From: a virus
Taxonomy: Duplodnaviria > Caudoviricetes
DNA: 45,835 bases
IMG/VR virus record: IMGVR_UViG_3300048854_000053
Coordinates: 1-45,835 of that record
Strand: one strand, 5' to 3'
A program made the translations under genes and the position numbers. Positions 25,721-33,908 of this stretch are shown piece by piece. The notes beneath the pieces were generated by a model. That model searched no databases. It saw only the letters and a program-made list of their open reading frames with translations, and had not been told where the DNA came from. Position 1 is the stretch's first letter. Each line of letters starts with the position of its first letter.

Positions 25721-28185
25721 GCATAGCCAACTGTCTTACGCGCCTTGTCGAATCCAAGCGCATCACTCAGAAGCAGGCCGATGACGCGCTCGCCCTGCAC
25801 GAGGGCATACAGGGGCGTCTCTACCCGTCGATGGGCCCGGCGTCGGCAGAGGCCGCCAGCGCGCTTGAGGCGGCACGCGTGATGGCGCAGGCTGCCAAGG
25901 AGCGGCAGTTGATGGCCGCGAAGATGGCGATTCGCACGGCTGAGATACAGCAGCGCATGGAACTCCACGGTAAGGGCAAGGTTGCCGGCCTCTTCTCGGC
26001 GATCACCCGCGATATTTGGGACGATCCAAACCTCCCGGACAGGATCAACGTCGAAAGCCATACCGAAGGCGTCACGAAGGAACTGATGAAGCGCGCCTAC
26101 GCCCTGGTCGAGCGCTACGGCTCGAAGGCGGCTGGTCTCTATCAGGACACGAAATCAGTCTGGAACGTGGTCGACGAGCTGTTTGGCAAGGATACCGGCG
26201 ACGATTACGCCAAGGCTGCCGCCAAGGGCTGGCAGGACGCGGTCACCTATGCCGTCGATCGGGTGAAGCGCGAGGGCAAGCCGCTGTCCGTCCTCGACGA
26301 CTGGCGCCTACCCCAGAAATGGGACACTCAGGCGGTCCGCAAGGTCAGTCAGGCCGAATTCACCAACGACCTGATGACCGAGTTCGAGAGCGGCGGCATG
26401 AAGGTCATGGACAAGGCCGGACAAGGTGAAGCGCCACGCGCCGCTGTGGGCGGCATCATCGCCAACGCCTATAAGGATATCACGCTCGGCCAAGGTTCGG
26501 GCAGCGGCGGCGGGTTCGCCGACAATCTCCGCATCTTCCGCTTCGATGACCCCGAAACCTACAAGCGGCTGATGAAGAAGTACGGTGCCGGCGACGGCGG
26601 GCTGCATAAGATGATGGTCGGGCATCTGGCATCGATGTCTCGTGAGATTGCTTTCACGGAAGTGCTCGGGCCGAATTACGACGCGACGTTCAAGAAGCTG
26701 CTCAACGAGGCGCGCGAGGATGACACCGCTCGGAAAATCTCGGCGACGACAGGCCAGAAGTTCAAAGGTTTCATCACCCGCCCGATCAATTCCCCGAGTT
26801 CCCTCGATAAGGCCTATCGGTACATGACGGGTCAGCTCGGCGTCGTCGAAAGCGATCTGATGGCCGGCATCTTCGGCGCGGCTCGAAGCCTGCAGACAGC
26901 CTCACGCCTGGGCTCGGCGATCGTCTCGGCGATCCCCGGCGACAGTGTCACGGCTGGTCTTGCCGCAAACTACAACGGCATTCCCGCCATGAACGTGCTG
27001 GCCCGCGTGGCGAAGGATCTGACCATTGATCGGCATTCCTCGGAAGAGATCGCGAAAAGCCTGAACCTGTCGGCGCATGCTGTGATGGATTCCGCTTTGG
27101 GGGCGAAGCGCTTCGAGGACGAGATTGTCGGGCAGAATCTCACCGGGCGCATCGCTGAAACCGTGATCCGGGCGCAGGGCCTGCAGGCGTGGACCGAAGG
27201 CCTGAAGCGCGCCTTCTCGATGGAGTTCACCAGCCTCATCGCCCGGCAGGCAGAGAACGGTTTCGACAAGCTGGACGGATCGTTCAAAGGATTCCTGCAA
27301 CGCTACGGCTTCACGCCGGATCAATGGGACAAGCTGCGATCGACGCCGCAACTCGAACATGAGGGCGCCCGGTATTTCGATGTGTCGGCTGTCGAGGATC
27401 GGCGGCTCGGTGACCGGCTGATGTCGGCTATCCTCGACGAGCGGCAGTTCGCGGTGATCGAACCGAACGCCCGCATCAAGGCAATCACAACCGGCGGCAT
27501 GGCTCGCGGTACGCTCTGGGGCGAACTGGCGCGCTCGACGATGATGTTCAAATCGTTCTCGATGTCGATCATGATGACGCACATGCTGCGCAGCGCGACG
27601 CAGGGCACAATACCGGGCCGCATTGGTCGCACCGCAAACTTCGTGCTGCTCTCGACACTGGCCGGCGCGGTGACGGCCCAGATGCAGACCGTCATCTCGG
27701 GTAAAGACCCGCAGCCCATGGACAAGTCGCAGTTCTGGGGGCAAGCGCTGATCCGCGGCGGTGGCCTTGGCATGTATGGCGACCTTGTCTATTCCGCCCG
27801 CACGCGCGGCGGTGAAGGCGTCAACGAGCTGCTGACTGGCCCGCTGATCGGTGGCGTGACTTCGGGGGCGTCGCTGGCCTATGGGGCGGCCGCGCAGATG
27901 TTGACCGGCAAGAAGCAGGCCGGTAGCGATGGCCTCGACGGCAAGACCTTCGCCCAATACCTCAAGGGGTGGACGCCTGGCTCGACGCTCTGGTATGCGC
28001 GGACGGCGGTCGACCGGCTGCTCTTCGACAACATTCAGGCGATGATCGATCCGAACTATCGCGAGTCCTTCAAGCGCTATGAACGGCGGGTCAAGAAGGA
28101 TTACGGGCAAGGCTTCTGGTGGTCTCCCGGCGATGCTCTCCCATCTCGCGGCCCGGACCTCGGCAACGTCACCAGCCGCCGGTAA
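25717..28185 (+). CDS. Large internal virion protein
   Basis: 822 aa helical; GTLWGELARS..FKSF, GGGLGMYGD patterns; position. Confidence 0.75.
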   Translation: MSIANCLTRLVESKRITQKQADDALALHEGIQGRLYPSMGPASAEAASALEAARVMAQAAKERQLMAAKMAIRTAEIQQRMELHGKGKVAGLFSAITRDIWDDPNLPDRINVESHTEGVTKELMKRAYALVERYGSKAAGLYQDTKSVWNVVDELFGKDTGDDYAKAAAKGWQDAVTYAVDRVKREGKPLSVLDDWRLPQKWDTQAVRKVSQAEFTNDLMTEFESGGMKVMDKAGQGEAPRAAVGGIIANAYKDITLGQGSGSGGGFADNLRIFRFDDPETYKRLMKKYGAGDGGLHKMMVGHLASMSREIAFTEVLGPNYDATFKKLLNEAREDDTARKISATTGQKFKGFITRPINSPSSLDKAYRYMTGQLGVVESDLMAGIFGAARSLQTASRLGSAIVSAIPGDSVTAGLAANYNGIPAMNVLARVAKDLTIDRHSSEEIAKSLNLSAHAVMDSALGAKRFEDEIVGQNLTGRIAETVIRAQGLQAWTEGLKRAFSMEFTSLIARQAENGFDKLDGSFKGFLQRYGFTPDQWDKLRSTPQLEHEGARYFDVSAVEDRRLGDRLMSAILDERQFAVIEPNARIKAITTGGMARGTLWGELARSTMMFKSFSMSIMMTHMLRSATQGTIPGRIGRTANFVLLSTLAGAVTAQMQTVISGKDPQPMDKSQFWGQALIRGGGLGMYGDLVYSARTRGGEGVNELLTGPLIGGVTSGASLAYGAAAQMLTGKKQAGSDGLDGKTFAQYLKGWTPGSTLWYARTAVDRLLFDNIQAMIDPNYRESFKRYERRVKKDYGQGFWWSPGDALPSRGPDLGNVTSRR

Positions 28186-28222
28186 CCTGTGCTTTGCGGG
28201 GTGAAGCCGTCGTTGGCAATCT
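28185..28222 (+). promoter_or_regulatory. Putative late promoter 5 (leaderless, tailspike)
   Basis: ACCTGTGCTTTGC N19 CAATCT, ATG 6 nt later, no SD. Confidence 0.75.
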
Positions 28223-28228
28223 CCCGCC

Positions 28229-30172
28229 ATGTCTATCACCACGCCAGATCCTCGCATCTCCACTTATAATCCAGTCGTCGCGACGACGGATTTCCCTGCG
28301 GTATTCCCGATCTTCGACAACGACGATATCTCCGTGTTCGTCAATGGCGTGGAGCGCTTCGACTTTTCTGTGTCGGCCACCTATGTGCAGGGCATTGCGA
28401 CGGACGGCAAAGCTGTCTTTGCGGTCGGCGTCACAGGTCTTGTTGAGGTTGTTGGCAAGCGTGCGCCGCACCGCACGAACCGCTTCGTTGATGGCGCCCC
28501 TCTCCCGGTTCGAGACCAAAACCTCGCGCTCGACACGCTCGAAGCGGAATCGCAGGAGGCGCGACGGGACATCGATCGGTCGCACAAGGCACCGTTTGGA
28601 GAGGACGGCGGTGTCTTCTCGGCGGCAGATATCGGCGCAGCTCAGGAAAACGCGGCGCTCGCTGCCGCTGCTGCTGCCGCGGCAGCGATAGCCGCCGCTG
28701 CCGCCGCTGCCGCCGCTGCTGGCGTCAATCTCCCACCCGTTGCAGTCGGGAACAAAGGCAAAGGGCTTACGGTCAACGCGGCTGAGACCGGCTATGAATT
28801 AAACCTCTTGCCGATCGTTGTCCTTACTCGCACCGCCATGAAGTCATTGACCACGGCTATCAGCCGCCCGGTCTATCTAATGGAAGCTGGACGGCAGGGA
28901 ACTTTCGTGCTGCGCACCGGGTCGCCACCTGTCACGGATGCGCAAGAGGGCATCTATGTCGTCAGCAACACGCCAAACTTTTATTGGGAGCGCTCTTATA
29001 GCGCTGGTTCTCCTCCAACGGTTAGAGCTTTTGGTGCCGCGCAGGACGGCACCACAGATGACACTGCGGCTATTCAAGGCGCGCTAGATGTTATTGGTGT
29101 TGCGATCATCGATGCATCCATGGGGGCAAGTGTAAAGGTAACGCAGGTCCGGCTTAAAAATTCGAGGAATTCCCTGATTGGAAAGGGGTGGCCCACCGTT
29201 ATCACAGGCGCCGTCACGCCAATCTTTATTGAGAACAGTTTTCAATATGTTGGCGGGTTCAATATCAGCGGCGCTCCGATGGCGACCGCCTCCCCGGCGA
29301 TTTTGATCAGAAGTAGTCTTCGTCCGATGACGACTATTACGATTGAAAACATCTATGGGACGGCCTGCGGCGGCGGGATTATGGACGAGAATAGCGCCAC
29401 GCCGGCAAACATCGTCACATTCTTGAATATCCGAAACATAACCTGGGCGGCACACCGCGGCTATGGCGTGGCGACTTGGGATTGTTGGGCTTCCTATTAC
29501 ATCGTCAACGTGGTGGTCGACCGCGTGTCGATGGTGGGAGCCGCTTACAATTATCCTGCGTTCTTCTTCGCGAATGCCGAAGGCATATTCTTCATCAATT
29601 GCGCGCAGAACGGTAGCGCCTTCACCAGCGTTCAAGCGCTGCAGGATGGGGCTGTCTTCGATCACTGCAACTTCGTTTACTTCGAAAACTTTATCCCTGA
29701 CCACTCCGGAGGTCGAGGTCTTGTATTCGCGACCTGCAGCAATGTGAGGGGTGGCAATAGCACCCTCGTAAACTGCGTCGACAGCGGCTGCGTTATTTCA
29801 GGCGGGTCTCTCTTCGCGCTCAGCAATGTCCTTTCAACGCAGCTTGCTGGCACAGGACTTGCGGGTAAGAGTGGGTTCGCAATTGCCGGGGTGACGCAGT
29901 TCAGAGCAACCAACATTCAAGCTTATGGGTGGACGCTTAACGGCTTTTTTGCCGATACGTCCACGAGAATGAATGTCTCCGGAGATTTTAACGCGAATGC
30001 GAACCGGGGAATTGTCACGACCGGACCAGGCAGCGCCAACATGTTCCATGGATGCAGCACATACCAAAATACGGCTGGAAACTACAGCCTGTCTGCCGCA
30101 TCCGATTACATTCGGGACAGCATCGTACATGCCGGCACCGTAGTGGATACCGCTGGTCCTGCGGCAGGTTAG
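28229..30172 (+). CDS. Tail fibre/tailspike with pectate-lyase-like beta-helix
   Basis: T7 gp17-like N-terminus, poly-Ala linker, VRAFGAAQDGTTDDTAAIQGAL. Confidence 0.85.
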   Translation: MSITTPDPRISTYNPVVATTDFPAVFPIFDNDDISVFVNGVERFDFSVSATYVQGIATDGKAVFAVGVTGLVEVVGKRAPHRTNRFVDGAPLPVRDQNLALDTLEAESQEARRDIDRSHKAPFGEDGGVFSAADIGAAQENAALAAAAAAAAAIAAAAAAAAAAGVNLPPVAVGNKGKGLTVNAAETGYELNLLPIVVLTRTAMKSLTTAISRPVYLMEAGRQGTFVLRTGSPPVTDAQEGIYVVSNTPNFYWERSYSAGSPPTVRAFGAAQDGTTDDTAAIQGALDVIGVAIIDASMGASVKVTQVRLKNSRNSLIGKGWPTVITGAVTPIFIENSFQYVGGFNISGAPMATASPAILIRSSLRPMTTITIENIYGTACGGGIMDENSATPANIVTFLNIRNITWAAHRGYGVATWDCWASYYIVNVVVDRVSMVGAAYNYPAFFFANAEGIFFINCAQNGSAFTSVQALQDGAVFDHCNFVYFENFIPDHSGGRGLVFATCSNVRGGNSTLVNCVDSGCVISGGSLFALSNVLSTQLAGTGLAGKSGFAIAGVTQFRATNIQAYGWTLNGFFADTSTRMNVSGDFNANANRGIVTTGPGSANMFHGCSTYQNTAGNYSLSAASDYIRDSIVHAGTVVDTAGPAAG

Positions 30173-30317
30173 AAACCTCACATCGACACCAATATGTTGC
30201 ATTATCAGCACAGACGTTCGCATTAATTTGCGCACATATGGTGCTGTTTGCCTTAGATCGTTGACCTATGCTTGCATTCGGTAGAATCGGAGGCATGGTT
30301 TCGGCGGAGGCTTGATC

Positions 30318-31439
30318 TTGGAACGGAAAAGGAATGCGTCAATCGACAGCCTTCGGGGGATAGCTGCGGTTCTCGTAATTTTCTATCACTCAATTCTCAA
30401 CCAAAACGATGCGGCTTTGTCTGTTCTCGTCCCTCCCATCCAAGATCTAAACACAAATTATTTGCGCTTCCTCAAAGTGTTTCTCACCCTGACCAACGGG
30501 CATAACGCTGTCCTGTTGTTTTTCGTTCTCAGCGGTTTTGTCTTGATGCTTTCCATGGAGAGAGATGTTAGCCGCGGCGAATGGTCGTGGTTTTCATTTA
30601 TTGTCCGGCGCTTCATGCGGCTTTTCCCTGCCCTCGTCGCCGCCCTGGCTGTTTGTTTCGCGATCGGGACCATCGCAGTAAAATTGGGTTCGACATCCTC
30701 GGATTTTATGGCGGCCGCTAGCCCGAGCCTAACCGTCCAGAATATGCTTCTCTGGAAGATCTCGATGCACGGCGCGAGTTGGACAATCCAAGTCGAGGTG
30801 CTTGTGATCCCTTTCCTGCTCGTCGGCTTCTGGATGGCTCGCCGGTTTGGTGTTGCCGGGTTGATATTCTGTCTGGCTGTCGCCTTGCTGGAAACGCAGA
30901 CTCCATTCCTGACAAGCTTTTCGCCTACGCTCAGCGGGGCCTTGTTCGCTTTCTATGCCGGGATGCTCGCGGCTAAATTGATTTTGAGTAGCGGCTCCCC
31001 TCAGCCGCGGCCCGGCGCCATATTGTTGATGGCTCTGCTTTATGTTTTTGCGACTATGTTCGTCTCTTTGAATTCAAGTATGCTCGTCATCGTTCAGATT
31101 TTGGCATCGGCCGGCTTGGTCGCGTGTGTTTATTCCGCATCTGCCGGATTGATGACGACTGTTATGAATAGCCGCCCACTCGTCACGCTTGGGCGCATCA
31201 GCTACAGCCTCTACCTGTTGAATGTGCCGGTCATGTGGGTGATGCTGGCGATTGCGCGGAATATTGGTATCACAGCAGAATGGCCCGTGCTTAGTGGTCT
31301 CCTGGTCGGGATCACGACAACTGCCGTAACTATTCCGATGGCTGACGCTTTTGAGCGGGCGATCGAGAGGCCTGCAAATGCCTTGGGCAAGCGGCTGACT
31401 TCTAGAGACCGCCCAACGGCCATCATCCCCGCAGAATAA
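30318..31439 (+). CDS. Acyltransferase family 3 (OafA/Oac-like)
   Basis: SIDSLRGIAAVLVIFYH, AVLLFFVLSGF, RRFMRLFP, SWTIQVE, LGRISYSLYL; about 10 TM; TTG 7 nt after GGAGG. Confidence 0.92.
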   Translation: MERKRNASIDSLRGIAAVLVIFYHSILNQNDAALSVLVPPIQDLNTNYLRFLKVFLTLTNGHNAVLLFFVLSGFVLMLSMERDVSRGEWSWFSFIVRRFMRLFPALVAALAVCFAIGTIAVKLGSTSSDFMAAASPSLTVQNMLLWKISMHGASWTIQVEVLVIPFLLVGFWMARRFGVAGLIFCLAVALLETQTPFLTSFSPTLSGALFAFYAGMLAAKLILSSGSPQPRPGAILLMALLYVFATMFVSLNSSMLVIVQILASAGLVACVYSASAGLMTTVMNSRPLVTLGRISYSLYLLNVPVMWVMLAIARNIGITAEWPVLSGLLVGITTTAVTIPMADAFERAIERPANALGKRLTSRDRPTAIIPAE

Positions 31440-31479
31440 CCGCCTTTAGCGTTCATCCCCGCTTCATAGCGTCGTTCCT

Positions 31480-31517
31480 ACCTGTGCTTTGCAGGGTCTC
31501 CACGCTGCGACGATTAT
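31480..31517 (+). promoter_or_regulatory. Putative late promoter 6 (lysis operon)
   Basis: ACCTGTGCTTTGC N19 GATTAT. Confidence 0.7.
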
Positions 31518-31546
31518 CCGGCCATATTTCCTATGGAGCTATGGCG

Positions 31547-32425
31547 ATGGACGAATTTGCGAGATCCCTGCCGAAGTTGCTGGTGGTCGAAGGTGGCTTC
31601 ACCAACAACAAGAATGATCCCGGCGGCGCGACAAACAAGGGTATCACTCAGCGCGTCTACAACGAGTGGCGCATGTCGAAGGGGCAGCCGATCCGCTCGG
31701 TGCAGTCGATCGAGGACAGCGAAGTCTCCGCGATATACCGACAACGCTATTGGGATATCGCGCAGCTCGACAAGCTCGCGTCAGGCGTCTCCTATGTCGT
31801 TTTCGACGGCAATGTGAATTCAGGTGTCGCACAGTCCGTCAAGTGGCTGCAGCGCGCCCTTCAGGCGATGGGGCTCTACCAGGGCGCCATTGATGGTGTG
31901 ATCGGGCAGGGAACGATCCTTGCCGCCGCTGGCGTCAACGACAATGATGCTCTTGTCGCCGCGATCATCTCTCGCCGGCAAGCCTTCCTCAAGGCTCTCA
32001 AGACCTTCAAGTATTTCGGCCGCGGCTGGATGGCTCGATGCGCTTCGGTGCTGGCGGTCGGTCAGGCCTGGGCAAACGGTTCGGTTGGACCGGAGATCTC
32101 CTATGTGGCCGGCGGCGACGCGAAGGCCTTTATCTCCGATGCGAAGCCATCGCCCATCTTGGCGATCGCAGACGGCACGTCTGGCTCTGGCATCGCGGGC
32201 GGTGCTATCACCGGCTATATCGCCAGCGCCAAGGATCAACTTTCGCAGTTCGCAGGCTCCAGCATGGTCATCGACCACGCGCTGATGTGGATGACGGTTG
32301 GCTCGGTCGCTCTTGTCGGGGGTGGCGCTGCGTATCGCTGGTACGCCAAGCGGGTTCAAGCAAGGCGGGCTGATGTCCTCGACCTGCCGACGACCCCGCA
32401 ATCATCGCAGGCGGCGCCGGCATGA
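31547..32425 (+). CDS. Endolysin, GH108 lysozyme with PG-binding domain and C-terminal TM
   Basis: EGGF..NDPGGATNKGIT, FDGNVNSG, DGVIGQGT, FGRGWMAR. Confidence 0.9.
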   Translation: MDEFARSLPKLLVVEGGFTNNKNDPGGATNKGITQRVYNEWRMSKGQPIRSVQSIEDSEVSAIYRQRYWDIAQLDKLASGVSYVVFDGNVNSGVAQSVKWLQRALQAMGLYQGAIDGVIGQGTILAAAGVNDNDALVAAIISRRQAFLKALKTFKYFGRGWMARCASVLAVGQAWANGSVGPEISYVAGGDAKAFISDAKPSPILAIADGTSGSGIAGGAITGYIASAKDQLSQFAGSSMVIDHALMWMTVGSVALVGGGAAYRWYAKRVQARRADVLDLPTTPQSSQAAPA

Positions 32426-32679
32426 TGGCGCTGCTCTCCCTCGCATTTCAGGACATCTGGAAGCCGGCGGCTATCGTCGGCGGCATCCTCATCGTCGTTG
32501 GCGGCATTTATCTGAAGGGTCACTCCGATGGATCGGCCTCAGCAGATCAGGCGGCCAAGACCGCCGTCTTCAACCAGATCAAGGAAAGGAACATCACCGA
32601 TGAAAAAGTTAAGGGGATGTCTGATCCTGATCTTTGCCGCGCCCTTGGCGGCGTGTGGCACGACGACGGGTGTCAGTGA
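32422..32679 (+). CDS. Inner-membrane spanin (Rz-like)
   Basis: N-terminal TM, C-terminal Cys, after endolysin. Confidence 0.7.
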   Translation: MMALLSLAFQDIWKPAAIVGGILIVVGGIYLKGHSDGSASADQAAKTAVFNQIKERNITDEKVKGMSDPDLCRALGGVWHDDGCQ

Positions 32680-32812
32680 CGGGGCCGGCTATGCCGCCCT
32701 TCACCCGAGTGCCCAAACCCGCGCATTCATTTTCCAGAACGATCGACCTTTTACGCAGGAAGTTGCCGCACACAATATTCAGTGCAGCAAAGATGCGCAG
32801 TGCCGGAAGTGA
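32600..32812 (+). CDS. Outer-membrane lipoprotein spanin (Rz1-like)
   Basis: MKKLRGCLILIFAAPLAAC lipobox; 80-bp overlap with i-spanin. Confidence 0.75.
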   Translation: MKKLRGCLILIFAAPLAACGTTTGVSDGAGYAALHPSAQTRAFIFQNDRPFTQEVAAHNIQCSKDAQCRK

Positions 32813-32821
32813 CAGAACGAA

Positions 32822-33289
32822 ATGGCAGATGAAAACGTTAATATTTCGATCGAGGGTGGCACTATGGAAAAAATACGCGTTGTCTGGCAGTTCAACCCGA
32901 TAACCGTCGTTCCGATCATCGCCGCGATCGTCGGGGGCTCCATCTACGTCAAGACGCTGGAATGGCGTCTCGACAGTATCGAATCCTCCCGCTCTCAATC
33001 CCGTATCGAGTTCTCGAACACGCTCAAAAATCTCGATGACCGAACCTCAGACCTTCCATACCGAATGAAGGAAGTCGAGGTGAAGGGGCAGGCCATGGCG
33101 GATCGTCAGGACCGGCTCGCCGATCTTGTCATGACCGGGCAAGAGGCGACACGCAAGGCCATGCAGGACGGCTTTGATGCGATCCGCAAGGACATGTCCG
33201 TTCTGTCGACGAAGGTTGAGGTGGTCGGCTCCAAGGTCGACATGATGACCGGCAAGCCGCAGCCCGGCGTTTTTCTGCGGCCGAAGTGA
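32822..33289 (+). CDS. Single-TM coiled-coil protein (possible holin; start may be 32864)
   Basis: TM PITVVPIIAAIVGGSIYV; in lysis cluster. Confidence 0.6.
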   Translation: MADENVNISIEGGTMEKIRVVWQFNPITVVPIIAAIVGGSIYVKTLEWRLDSIESSRSQSRIEFSNTLKNLDDRTSDLPYRMKEVEVKGQAMADRQDRLADLVMTGQEATRKAMQDGFDAIRKDMSVLSTKVEVVGSKVDMMTGKPQPGVFLRPK

Positions 33290-33296
33290 GGGCGAC

Positions 33297-33704
33297 ATGA
33301 CCAAGATTTCCGATCTAGCCGAGCTGACTACGCTCGCCGACAACGACCTGTTCTATATCTGGGATGTGAGCGACCCTAGCAACCCAGACAAGAAAGCCCA
33401 GTTCAAGAACATGCGCCCGCCTGGCGCAAAGATTACAAACTATGTGCGCGCGGCCGGCAGCATCGTCGTTCCAGCGCTTGCCGCTGGTGTCGAGGCCGAT
33501 GTCGGTTTCGCTGTTGTCGGAGCTGCCCCCGGCGACCACGTCACCTTCGGGTTGACGGTCAATCTGCCGGCCAATCTGGCAATACTGCATTCCTGGGTGT
33601 CTGCCGCTGACACGGTCTCGGTGAGGTTCCGAAACCTGCATGCGTCCGTGGCTTATGCTGGGGCCGCCTTGGCGTGCGTAGCCCTCGCAACGCGATCGAT
33701 CTGA
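33297..33704 (+). CDS. Small fibre-like virion protein
   Basis: MTKISDLAELTTL N-terminus typical of appendage proteins; beta-rich C-terminus. Confidence 0.6.
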   Translation: MTKISDLAELTTLADNDLFYIWDVSDPSNPDKKAQFKNMRPPGAKITNYVRAAGSIVVPALAAGVEADVGFAVVGAAPGDHVTFGLTVNLPANLAILHSWVSAADTVSVRFRNLHASVAYAGAALACVALATRSI

Positions 33705-33712
33705 AAGGACCA

Positions 33713-33908
33713 CGTTCCTACATGTGGGCGCAGGAACGCTAAATTTAGGGAACGTCAGGAAGCAATTCCAACGACTAGGTACAAATTCCTAATCTGGGGG
33801 TCACGCGTTCGAATCGCGTCGGGATCACCATAAAACCCCCAATTAAAACAATCTGTTAGTCTATTCGCCTGCTGCCTGACGTTCCTAAGCATTCCTACGG
33901 CGTTCCTA
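33713..33908. repeat. attP arm-type integrase sites
   Basis: CGTTCCTA/AGGAACG repeats on both sides of core; 14/15 inverted repeat 33749-33763 / 33871-33885. Confidence 0.7.
33785..33830 (+). other. attP core: 3' half of tRNA-Arg(CCT)
   Basis: TTCCTAA anticodon loop, ACGCG-TTCGAAT-CGCGT T arm, CCA end; no 5' half; adjacent to int. Confidence 0.88.

Noticed and set aside
8559-28263. Long minus-strand ORFs (8559-10001, 17438-18868, 21141-22211, 26902-28263)
   Set aside because: Antisense shadows of GC-rich structural genes with no motifs
28650-28720. GCC/GCT tract as phase-variation or diversity-generating retroelement repeat
   Set aside because: In-frame poly-Ala linker; no reverse transcriptase or template/variable repeat pair seen
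7405-31492. Late motif as GANTC methylation-dependent GcrA sites
   Set aside because: Only two of six copies have a nearby GANTC (7426, 16876)
33785-33830. Functional tRNA gene
   Set aside because: No acceptor 5' strand or D arm upstream; it is the att core
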